Positions 1 through 7,170 of a DNA stretch of 32,000 nt are shown in pieces. Numbering within the stretch: the stretch's first letter is position 1; each line of letters begins with the position of its first letter. This stretch comes from Thermoproteus tenax Kra 1 (GTDB lineage: Archaea > Thermoproteota > Thermoprotei > Thermoproteales > Thermoproteaceae), in NCBI RefSeq assembly GCF_000253055.1, contig NC_016070.1:1320001-1352000 (forward strand), in the 5' to 3' direction. The position numbers and the translations under genes were made by a program. The notes under the pieces are model-generated. The model was given only the letters and a program-made list of their open reading frames with translations, did not search any database and was not told where the DNA came from.

Positions 1-691
1 CCTCGAACGGTTTGAAGGGCCCTGTGAAGCCCTCGGCGGCCAACATAGTTGCAAAGACGGCATTCCTCGTGGAATTGGCCGCTGCGGCCCCCTTCCACAT
101 ACTCAGCTCTCCAACGCGCGTCTGCCTCATAGCCGCGTGAGGCACCGCGTAGATGGCTAGCGCGTGTTGAATCTGTGTCTCGTCCAAGCCCATCAGCTTA
201 GAGGACACTAGAACGCTCCCTATACCCAAATAGTTGACGTGGTCCCACCCATGTCTCCTCAAGCTCGCTGCGTCGCACAAAGATACAGCCGCCTCATATC
301 CTACGGCGATAGCAGCTATCACAGACTTCCCGTCGGAGTTCAATGCATCCCCCAGCGAAAGGGCCGCGGCTATCATATCGCTCGGGTGCAGAGGCTCCTT
401 GGACAGGTACGTGTCGTTGAAGTCGTGGTATCTTATCATGACTCCATCTACGAACGCGGCGAGCTCGGGTAGCGCTCTATATCTAGTGCCCAATACCCTA
501 GCTCCGTTGTCCACCTGATACCTTGAGACCGCCCTACGCGCTAACACTACCGGCTCTGAGTTGAATGCCGCAAAGGCCACGGCGAGGGAGTCCAAGAGCC
601 TCCTCTTCACCTCATGGACGACGTCGGCAGATATCTTGTCGAAATCTATCGCAACTGCGTATTGGGCCAACGTCCTCGATATTCTGTCCAT
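1..691 (-). CDS. prpD: 2-methylcitrate dehydratase, MmgE/PrpD family (N-terminal ~230 aa; C-terminus runs off the left edge)
   Basis: Absent from the ORF track because it is open to the window edge. Own translation of the minus strand from the ATG at 691: MDRISRTLAQYAVAIDFDKISADVVHEVKRRLLDSLAVAFAAFNSEP...IRYHDFNDTYLSKEPLHPSD...RRHGWDHV. This is the typical PrpD/MmgE N-terminal pattern. It starts 6 nt after the stop of the upstream lyase gene. Confidence 0.8.
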   Translation of the reverse strand, partial: MDRISRTLAQYAVAIDFDKISADVVHEVKRRLLDSLAVAFAAFNSEPVVLARRAVSRYQVDNGARVLGTRYRALPELAAFVDGVMIRYHDFNDTYLSKEPLHPSDMIAAALSLGDALNSDGKSVIAAIAVGYEAAVSLCDAASLRRHGWDHVNYLGIGSVLVSSKLMGLDETQIQHALAIYAVPHAAMRQTRVGELSMWKGAAAANSTRNAVFATMLAAEGFTGPFKPFE

Positions 692-696
692 GAGGG

Positions 697-1668
697 CTAA
701 CGCGCCCTTATTTTAAATGATACAGCCTTATCGATAATCTCGGAGATTCTGCTGTCGAACTTTTCGTAGTCGTAATATCCTATAAGCTCATAGAGCTCCT
801 TGCGGGTCATCATCTTGCTCAACAGAGGCTCTTGAGTCCCGAGCTCCGATATTGTCCGTAGGGCCTCCCTCATTGCCCCCAGAGCGACCCTCAGAAGGGT
901 GACGGGATATATCACAAACTTGTAGCCGAGCTCCTCCAATCTCTTGGCCGGCATCAACGGTGATTTCCCGAACTCAGTCATATTGGCCAGTAAAGGCGCC
1001 TTTATTCTCCTTGCGAACTCGGCGAACTCAGCCTCGCTCTCCAGAGCCTCGGGAAATATGACGTCGGCGCCAGCCTCGAGATACAGCTGTGCCCTCTCGA
1101 TCGCGTCCTCTAGACCTGTGACTCCGCGGGCATCGGTCCTCGCCACTATGACGAAGTCGGGATTGCGGCGAGCTTCAGCTGCCGCCTTTATCTTCTTGGC
1201 CATCTCGTCGGGCGGCACCACATGCTTCCCCGACAAGTGGCCGCACTTCTTCGGCAAGACTTGATCCTCTATCTGGACGCCGGCGGCGCCAGCTCTCTCG
1301 AACTCCACCACGGCCCTCACGACGTTTAGCGCCTCTCCATAGCCTGTGTCTATATCCACAATGAGCGGTATATCCACAGAGCTCGCAATATATCGCACTA
1401 CCCTCACCATCTCGTCCATAGTTATGAGCCCTAGGTCGGGCAGGCCCAGAGACGCCGTAACCGCGGCGCCTGAGACGTAGGCGGCCTTGAAGCCCATCGA
1501 CTGTACTAAAAGGGCGCTAATTACGTCGTATACACCGGGCACTATCACTATGCCAGGTCTCTTTAGCTCTGCCCTGAGCTCGGCCACGCGTCTTTCCTCT
1601 CCTTTTTTAGGAGCGGAGCTTGCATGAAGTATACTACTCCTATTTAATTGTGAAATCGAGTGACCCAT
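697..1668 (-). CDS. prpB: 2-methylisocitrate lyase (isocitrate lyase/PEP mutase family)
   Basis: ORF 697..1704. Contains the ICL/PEPM signature (IEDQVLPKKCGHLSGK, DIDTGYG, ARTDA). It lies directly upstream of prpD. The start is more likely Met13 (1668), because the 5' extension overlaps the divergent gene start at 1693. Confidence 0.85.
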   Translation of the reverse strand: MGHSISQLNRSSILHASSAPKKGEERRVAELRAELKRPGIVIVPGVYDVISALLVQSMGFKAAYVSGAAVTASLGLPDLGLITMDEMVRVVRYIASSVDIPLIVDIDTGYGEALNVVRAVVEFERAGAAGVQIEDQVLPKKCGHLSGKHVVPPDEMAKKIKAAAEARRNPDFVIVARTDARGVTGLEDAIERAQLYLEAGADVIFPEALESEAEFAEFARRIKAPLLANMTEFGKSPLMPAKRLEELGYKFVIYPVTLLRVALGAMREALRTISELGTQEPLLSKMMTRKELYELIGYYDYEKFDSRISEIIDKAVSFKIRAR

Positions 1669-1832
1669 GGACAAGTAGATATTGATCTGCTTATGAAAGT
1701 ACAATACGATTTCCCCCTCGTCGACAGACCATTTGAAGAAATAGGGCAGGAGCTAGGCCTCGACGAGGATCAGGTGATACAGAGGCTGAGCGGCTCGCGA
1801 CGGCAGGCGTTCTCAAGAGGATAGGATCCGTC

Positions 1833-2621
1833 ATGAACTACAGAGCCAAGAGACTTGAGGCGGCTCTGATAGGTCTTGCAGTGCCGGAGGAACTCATAGA
1901 CAGAGTGGCCGGCGAGATAAACAGAGACCCCATGGTCTCCCATAACTTCCAGAGAGACTGGAGGCCCTACAACGTCTGGTATGTGACCAAGGCTTCCTCC
2001 AAGGAGGAGCTCGAGGGAAAGGTAAAGACTCTCGCAGATAAGTGGGGGCTCGAATACGTCATATTGTACTCTCTCAAGACCTATAAGCTTGACGTCAGAT
2101 TTGATCTAAGGAGAGGCATATCGCGATCTAAGCTCAAGAGACTTCCGGAAGATCCGCCGCACGTTGATGCCCTGGGGATCCCAAGAGAGTTCTTCTCCAA
2201 AGTGAAGTCGATACCGCTCGTGCGCGAGCCGTTTAAAGGCGTTGCAGACGTGTTGGGCAAGAGCGTGGGCGAGACCTTAGACTTACTACTACAGTTGATA
2301 AAGTTGGGCGTGCTGAGGGACTTCCACGCAACTCTCGACGGAGAGAGGTTGGGGTTCCGAGAAAACGCCATGGTAGTTCTGAGGAGGCCTGAGTGCGACA
2401 GAGCCGCGGACTTGGATGAGTCGACGCACGTCGTCTTGAGGAACACAGTGCCGGGGAAGTGGGAATACCCGTGTTATTTTATGGTACACGCCGTCGACAG
2501 AAAAGTTATAGCCGAGTCTGTGGCCAGAAGTTTCAGAGAGGGCTACGACATGCTGTTCAGCGTCAGAGATCTACTGGGCGGGAGTGATATGGGCAAAAGA
2601 ATTGAGTCCGTAAGCGACTAG
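1833..2621 (+). CDS. Fused AsnC/Lrp-like siroheme decarboxylase (AhbA/AhbB, NirD/L-like); the N-terminal HTH is in another frame (apparent frameshift)
   Basis: Two tandem AhbA/B-like halves are present (...VSHNFQRDW..NVWYV... and ...IPLVREPFKGVADVLG...VVLRN...YFMVHA). The expected N-terminus MKVQYDFPLVDRPFEEIGQELGLDEDQVIQRLS is encoded from the ATG at 1693 in a different frame. That frame meets this one near 1789-1793. Confidence 0.7.
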   Translation: MNYRAKRLEAALIGLAVPEELIDRVAGEINRDPMVSHNFQRDWRPYNVWYVTKASSKEELEGKVKTLADKWGLEYVILYSLKTYKLDVRFDLRRGISRSKLKRLPEDPPHVDALGIPREFFSKVKSIPLVREPFKGVADVLGKSVGETLDLLLQLIKLGVLRDFHATLDGERLGFRENAMVVLRRPECDRAADLDESTHVVLRNTVPGKWEYPCYFMVHAVDRKVIAESVARSFREGYDMLFSVRDLLGGSDMGKRIESVSD

Positions 2622-3073
2622 GAGCCACTCTGAGGCGCCTCGCCTTGATAGCACCAGATCCCTCTCTCCTTCTGGACAAAGCCCTTCCTCCTCAACATAA
2701 CGCTGTTGAGGTTCTTGCCGTAGTACTTCCTCACTTCGGAGAAGGTGAGACATTTATCGGGCCTCTTCAGAGCTTGGTTTATCACTGCGTCCCAACCTCC
2801 CTCATATCCCTCTGCAACAAGCTCTGGTTTCAACTCCTTAACTAACTCGGGCATCTTCTCCGATAGCGTCTCGCTGACGGCCCTCCTCACTACATCGTAG
2901 AATCTCTTGTCGTTTATCAACTCGTTGACGGCCTCCCGCGCCACGTCTATCAATCTAATCTTGCACGGCTGCTCCAACAAAAGTCGTATAGCATCGTCGA
3001 ACGGCGCATCGGGCCTAGGCAAAAGCCTCCTCAGCCTTTCGACGAGGGATTGGTCCCTGATTTCAATATGCAT
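2618..3073 (-). CDS. Hypothetical protein with an N-terminal ribbon-helix-helix/antitoxin-like segment
   Basis: 151-aa ORF. The N-terminus MHIEIRDQSLVERLRRLLPRPDAPFDDAIRLLLEQ resembles small archaeal RHH/VapB-like domains. A TATA box (ttatatattc on the minus strand, 3091-3100) lies about 23 nt upstream of the ATG. Confidence 0.45.
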   Translation of the reverse strand: MHIEIRDQSLVERLRRLLPRPDAPFDDAIRLLLEQPCKIRLIDVAREAVNELINDKRFYDVVRRAVSETLSEKMPELVKELKPELVAEGYEGGWDAVINQALKRPDKCLTFSEVRKYYGKNLNSVMLRRKGFVQKERGIWCYQGEAPQSGS

Positions 3074-3108
3074 AGAGGCGCGTCCTCAACGAATATATAA
3101 CTTTTATA

Positions 3109-3660
3109 TCACTTAAAGACTTGTAGCTTTAGCCTCTTCGGCAGAACCTCCTTTGGTAGCTCGGCTCCAATCAACTCGATATTAACCGTCTGCTCAAACC
3201 ACGGAGTCGATCTCCCGAAGGCGCGGGGCATATAGTTCCTTATCTGAATCCCCTTGTGGGCCGCCGCATGGACTATTACCACTCTCTCTACGTCTAGTCC
3301 ATTGAACCTTGCGTTGTTCTCCAAATTCTGTAGAACCCTCAGATAGTTGTAGGCGACTTTAACGGGCCATTTGGCCACGGGCCATCCGCCCCAAGGCGTC
3401 GCGTGATGCGCTTGCTTCTTCGTGAATCGCCTAATAGGTATGGGTCTCTTGAGGTTTACTGTGTCTTGTAGCCAGGACTGGGCTTGTTTTATGGTCATAA
3501 ACTTTATGAATCTGCCGACCTCTACCGCCTTTTTCCACGACATTCTGAACTCGTTGCCGTAGGCTCTGGCTATTTGATCCTCGGCGATTCTCACTCCGAA
3601 CCTTCTGAGGACGAGCTCTACCACCTCCTCGTTGCTCATGCTGTACTGTAAGCGCGCCAC
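3109..3660 (-). CDS. rpl22: 50S ribosomal protein uL22
   Basis: ORF 3109..3678. The uL22 core is recognisable ([23 protein letters not shown]...[21 protein letters not shown]). The TATA at 3681-3687 abuts the annotated ATG, so the GTG at 3660 (MARLQYS..., the typical crenarchaeal L22 N-terminus) is the likely leaderless start. Confidence 0.9.
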   Translation of the reverse strand: MARLQYSMSNEEVVELVLRRFGVRIAEDQIARAYGNEFRMSWKKAVEVGRFIKFMTIKQAQSWLQDTVNLKRPIPIRRFTKKQAHHATPWGGWPVAKWPVKVAYNYLRVLQNLENNARFNGLDVERVVIVHAAAHKGIQIRNYMPRAFGRSTPWFEQTVNIELIGAELPKEVLPKRLKLQVFK

Positions 3661-3678
3661 GAAGCCCCCGCAATCCAT

Positions 3679-3689
3679 TATTTATAAGT
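3679..3689. promoter_or_regulatory. Shared bidirectional TATA box for uL22 (minus) and the UbiA gene (plus)
   Basis: tatttataag is centred about 24 nt from both the GTG at 3660 (minus) and the GTG at 3708 (plus). This spacing is typical of leaderless crenarchaeal promoters. Confidence 0.5.
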
Positions 3690-3707
3690 GTTAGCACGCA
3701 CAAGGCC

Positions 3708-4556
3708 GTGAAGAGCTATTGGGCGCTGATAAGGGGCGAGCACGGCGTTCTCACCGCCGTATCCTCTGTGGCCTCCTATCTGTTAGCGGGCGGCCGCTCA
3801 GCGCTCTATGCAGGTCTGATCGGGGGCAGCGCCTTTTTGGCCGAGGCAGCTCTATTCGCCCACAACGATCTGGCGAACCAGGCCGAGGACAGAGTCAATA
3901 GGCCAAACGCGCCCTTAGTGACAGGCAAGGTGAGCCAACGCGCTGCTAAGGTATTAGTCGTAAGCAGTGCAATGGCCGGACTGGCGATGGCATCGGCGCT
4001 ATCTGCGCCGGCCCTTTTGATATACATCGCTGCCTTGGCCCTAGGATTCTTTTATAATATTAAGGGCAAGAGAGTGCCGTTGTTGGGCAATCTGATAGTC
4101 GCTTTTCTAACCTCAATGGTGTATTTATACGGTATGGAGGCTGCGTATTCGCAAAATATCTATCTTCTCTTATTGTTTATTGCATCATTTTTAGCAAACA
4201 TTGGCCGTGAATTCGTCAAATCAGCGATAGACTATCACGGCGATCGAGCTGTCGGTATAAGGACCGTTGCCGCGATATTGGGACCTGGGAGGGCCGCCTC
4301 CTTGGGCGCCTATTTCACTCTGGCTTCTGCCTCGGTCGGGCTCTACCTATTTTACGTCCTCGTTAGGGCGGAACTATTAGTTCTAGCAGCGGGGGTGGCC
4401 ATCACCACAGTGCTCCTCTTATACTATTCTATTATCTGCCTAAGGGGATCGTGGAGTAAGTACCGGACAGGCACTCTGTTTGCGTTCGGAGTAACCCTTG
4501 TAACATTGTTGCTACAGGGCATCCTCACTGTTATGATCGGAAGCTTTACCCCTTAG
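3708..4556 (+). CDS. UbiA-family prenyltransferase, probably digeranylgeranylglyceryl phosphate synthase
   Basis: 282 aa and polytopic. Contains the Asp-rich motif HNDLANQAEDRVNRPNAPLVTG, characteristic of UbiA/DGGGP synthases. GTG start. Confidence 0.75.
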   Translation: MKSYWALIRGEHGVLTAVSSVASYLLAGGRSALYAGLIGGSAFLAEAALFAHNDLANQAEDRVNRPNAPLVTGKVSQRAAKVLVVSSAMAGLAMASALSAPALLIYIAALALGFFYNIKGKRVPLLGNLIVAFLTSMVYLYGMEAAYSQNIYLLLLFIASFLANIGREFVKSAIDYHGDRAVGIRTVAAILGPGRAASLGAYFTLASASVGLYLFYVLVRAELLVLAAGVAITTVLLLYYSIICLRGSWSKYRTGTLFAFGVTLVTLLLQGILTVMIGSFTP

Positions 4557-4583
4557 GTCTGAGATAGGCTCTGCGGGTTTATC

Positions 4584-4639
4584 TTCCACGGCAGGGCGAC
4601 GAAGAGAGAGTCTAATAGCGCGCTCCATACGGCAGATGG
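4584..4639. repeat. 56-nt copy (55/56 identical) of the core of the 7171-7460 RNA-like locus
   Basis: ttccacggcagGgcgacgaagagagagtctaatagcgcgctccatacggcagatgg matches 7224-7279 with a single g/a difference (4595 vs 7235). Same orientation, 2.6 kb apart. Confidence 0.9.
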
Positions 4640-4662
4640 CTCTCGATGATGGACATAGGATG

Positions 4663-4681
4663 GCCACAATTTTATTGTGGC
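4663..4681. promoter_or_regulatory. Perfect 8-3-8 palindrome overlapping the TATA region of the HAD gene
   Basis: GCCACAAT-TTT-ATTGTGGC. The AT-rich centre lies about 25 nt upstream of the ATG at 4697. Candidate operator or bidirectional promoter. Confidence 0.5.
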
Positions 4682-4696
4682 TAACGTTGTCGTGAT

Positions 4697-5392
4697 ATGA
4701 CTATAGCCTTAGTCGACCTCGATGGAACATTGATACCTCTGGAGGCTTGGGATCCCGTCTTCTACGAGCTGTCGTCTATAATTGCGTCTAGGGCCGGCGT
4801 TGAGCCTCAGGATGTGTGGGGGCTTGTTAAGGCATTACATTATCAGCTCATGAGGAGGTTCGACCCTAAGGCGTTCGATTGGCAGTACTTGTTCGAGTCT
4901 GTGGGAAGTAGCCTGGGCATATTCGATATTCCCAACATCGAGGATATTCTTTTGAAATACGTGGACAACTTCCCCGTGAACGAGGGAGCCTTTGAGCTTC
5001 TTAGAGATCTCAGATCTCTGGGACTTTCACCTGTTATAGCCACCAACGGTCTGTATAGATATCAGCATATTGTAGTGGAGAGGTTGGGGTTCTCTAAATA
5101 TGTAGATGGCGTCCGCACGTCTGATGCCTACGGTTGTACGAAGAGCTGTAGTAGATTCTTCGAGGGGGCCTCGCTGGTTATTGGAGATAACCCCATCTTC
5201 GACGTATATTTCCCGAAGAAGTTCGGCGTGGCCACTATATTTATCGGCGAGTGGAACAGAGCTGTGAGAAAATACAGCGAACTACTGGGGATAGATGCGG
5301 GCATCGTTAGGCCCGACTACATCGCTGCAGACCTTATTGAGGCCCGCGCCGTCGTCGCGCGGTTCAAGGCCTGGGAGAGGTCGGCCCCATGA
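4697..5392 (+). CDS. HAD-superfamily hydrolase
   Basis: The N-terminal motif I is present (MTIALVDLDGTLIP, DxDGT), and a late GDN motif is present (VIGDNPIFDV). Confidence 0.75.
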   Translation: MTIALVDLDGTLIPLEAWDPVFYELSSIIASRAGVEPQDVWGLVKALHYQLMRRFDPKAFDWQYLFESVGSSLGIFDIPNIEDILLKYVDNFPVNEGAFELLRDLRSLGLSPVIATNGLYRYQHIVVERLGFSKYVDGVRTSDAYGCTKSCSRFFEGASLVIGDNPIFDVYFPKKFGVATIFIGEWNRAVRKYSELLGIDAGIVRPDYIAADLIEARAVVARFKAWERSAP

Positions 5393-6171
5393 TTCTGTTA
5401 AATTTGACGATCCCACCGCTTCTGATCATATACTTGGGGGCCTCCGTGCTCTCCAATTTGTCGCTCCCTGCTCCCCCTATGTCGCAAGTGGCCGCCTTCT
5501 GGCTGAACGGAACGCCCATACCCTCTTGGGTCGTCGGCAACAGATTGTACGTCCTACAGCTGGGCCAACCGGCCTACGTTGAGTACGTGCCCCAATATTA
5601 CAACTCGACGGGGCTCTACGAGTTAGCTCTCAACGCAACGGCTGGAGCAGTAATAATGGCGCCGCCGGGAATCATAGTCGACGTTGAACCTGAGAACTAT
5701 TCCGTGATCGCTATAAATAGATCCGGCCTTTTTATATACATTAAGGCGCCTCGCGTCAAGCTGAATTTTTCTCTAATAGCGATCGTTACTACTTCGACGA
5801 CCACCAAGGGCTCCGTCGTAGCGCCTCCTCCTACGACCTCCCAACAGAGCGTTACGTCGAGCACCACAAGGGGAGGCAACGCGGCCTCGTTAATACCCTA
5901 TGCGGTCGGCTTAGTCGTTGTGGCGGCCATCTTGTCTCTTCTTCTGCTCAGAAGGCGCAGAGACTGCGTAGGACTGGGAGAAACCGATCTGAAGATTCTG
6001 AGGGCTCTACAGGATGGAGGCGGACGCGTTAAAAGGTCAGAGCTTGGGCAAAGATTGGGGCTTCCTGCATCGACGCTCCACAAACATCTCCACAAGCTCT
6101 CCAGGATGGGCTACGTACGTTTAGTTACAGAGCAAGATGGACAAAGGGTGGAGTTAGTCAAGAAATGTTGA
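5389..6171 (+). CDS. Membrane-anchored winged-HTH protein (extracytoplasmic N-terminal domain, Ser/Thr-rich linker, one TM helix, cytoplasmic MarR/TrmB-like wHTH)
   Basis: N-terminal hydrophobic segment with 8 N-x-S/T sequons. The linker is TTSTTTKGSVVAPPPTTSQQSVTSSTT and the TM helix is LIPYAVGLVVVAAILSLLLL followed by RRRRD. The C-terminus is LGETDLKILRALQDGGGRVKRSELGQRLGLPASTLHKHLHKLSRMGYV. ATGA overlap with the HAD gene. Confidence 0.65.
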   Translation: MILLNLTIPPLLIIYLGASVLSNLSLPAPPMSQVAAFWLNGTPIPSWVVGNRLYVLQLGQPAYVEYVPQYYNSTGLYELALNATAGAVIMAPPGIIVDVEPENYSVIAINRSGLFIYIKAPRVKLNFSLIAIVTTSTTTKGSVVAPPPTTSQQSVTSSTTRGGNAASLIPYAVGLVVVAAILSLLLLRRRRDCVGLGETDLKILRALQDGGGRVKRSELGQRLGLPASTLHKHLHKLSRMGYVRLVTEQDGQRVELVKKC

Positions 6172-6262
6172 TTCAGACGGCTGAAAAAAGCTCATCCTCG
6201 CAGCTCAGCGGATTCATCACCTGTAGAGTGTTCTATTGAAGTTATTTTATCTATAGCTTATA

Positions 6263-6814
6263 TTGCCTAACATCCGCTATAGTCAGGTGACCTTCGCCAA
6301 ACCCTGCCTGATGCTCTTCTCGTGCCCAGGGGACGGGGGAGACACGCTGGTGCTCCACAGAGGCAGAGCGCTCCAGGCCTCCAAGGCGGACCCTCTGGTC
6401 AAGCTGTACGGGGCGTTGGACACGGCGGTCGCCTACGCCCACAAGGCCGCAGGCCTCCTCCCCCGCCCGCAGGCCAGAGTCATGAGGCTCCTCGCCTTCT
6501 CTATGACGGAGCTCGGCTTCTACGTGGCCACGGGCAGAGCGCTCCATCTGGACAACGCCGTGGAGCTCTACAGGAGGGCCCTCAAGCTCGCCTACTCGGC
6601 CAGCGGCGATCCCCCGCGCAGCTGGATAGCTTGCTCCTCGCCCGAGTGCTCGGCCGTGGACGAGGCGAGGGTGTGGGCGAGGTGGGCGGAGAGGAGGGCT
6701 GTGGCGCTCGGGGAGGCCGAGGCGGCGAGGCTTCTGAACCAGCTCTCCAACCTGATGTTCGAGGTCATGGCCACCCTCCCGCACATAGAGTACAGATCGA
6801 GGCCTCTGAGGTGA
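6263..6814 (+). CDS. ATP:cob(I)alamin adenosyltransferase, PduO type
   Basis: GDGGDTLVLHRGRALQASKADPLVKLYGALDTAVAYA matches the PduO/MMAB N-terminal pattern (GD.G.T.L..G....K.D.R..A.G..DE). The true start may be Met17 (6311). The gene is about two-thirds G+C, so all frames are open here. Confidence 0.75.
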   Translation: MPNIRYSQVTFAKPCLMLFSCPGDGGDTLVLHRGRALQASKADPLVKLYGALDTAVAYAHKAAGLLPRPQARVMRLLAFSMTELGFYVATGRALHLDNAVELYRRALKLAYSASGDPPRSWIACSSPECSAVDEARVWARWAERRAVALGEAEAARLLNQLSNLMFEVMATLPHIEYRSRPLR

Positions 6815-6927
6815 TCGATTTCGACGTTAAAGCGGTGTGATGCCGGGGTAACCCGCCACTCTCATCCGCCCCACACGGGGGTGTCGGTGTGGCGTCTCTA
6901 TCTACTTGCTTGTTTAAAAGCTTTTGT

Positions 6928-7137
6928 TCAAAACTCCACTATGTTTTTGCCCTTCTCTTTCAATTCGGCGAGTATTGCGTCGGCCTTGCTGATGGGTAGC
7001 CTTATGGTATAGAGATATCCAGAGAGGCGCGCCTTGAGTTTGGCCACGTTCTCCTCTGGAAACCTCTTTACCCTTATCTCCTCCGCCTTTTCGGCATACT
7101 TCCTCCATATTTCTACCAAGAACACCTCCTTAGGCAT
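6928..7137 (-). CDS. rpl38e: 50S ribosomal protein eL38
   Basis: 69 aa. ...KARLSGYLYTIRLPISKADAILAELK aligns with eukaryotic RPL38 ([26 protein letters not shown]). The TATA aaataataaaaag lies about 27 nt upstream of the ATG. Confidence 0.85.
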   Translation of the reverse strand: MPKEVFLVEIWRKYAEKAEEIRVKRFPEENVAKLKARLSGYLYTIRLPISKADAILAELKEKGKNIVEF

Positions 7138-7170
7138 GCCCGAGGATAAGTTAAGACTTTTTATTATTTA

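Noticed and set aside
6173-6220. Minus-strand C/D-like element with perfect GUGAUGA and CUGA 48 nt apart
   Set aside because: The only CUGA-type D' lies 5 nt after the C box. The second guide would contain a U6 run, which is an archaeal termination signal. There is no terminal stem.
6251-6840. 177-aa minus-strand and 172-aa plus-strand ORFs overlapping the PduO gene
   Set aside because: They are open only because the region is about two-thirds G+C. Their translations are Arg/Gly/Pro/Ala low-complexity. Only the 6263-6814 frame shows a known family pattern.
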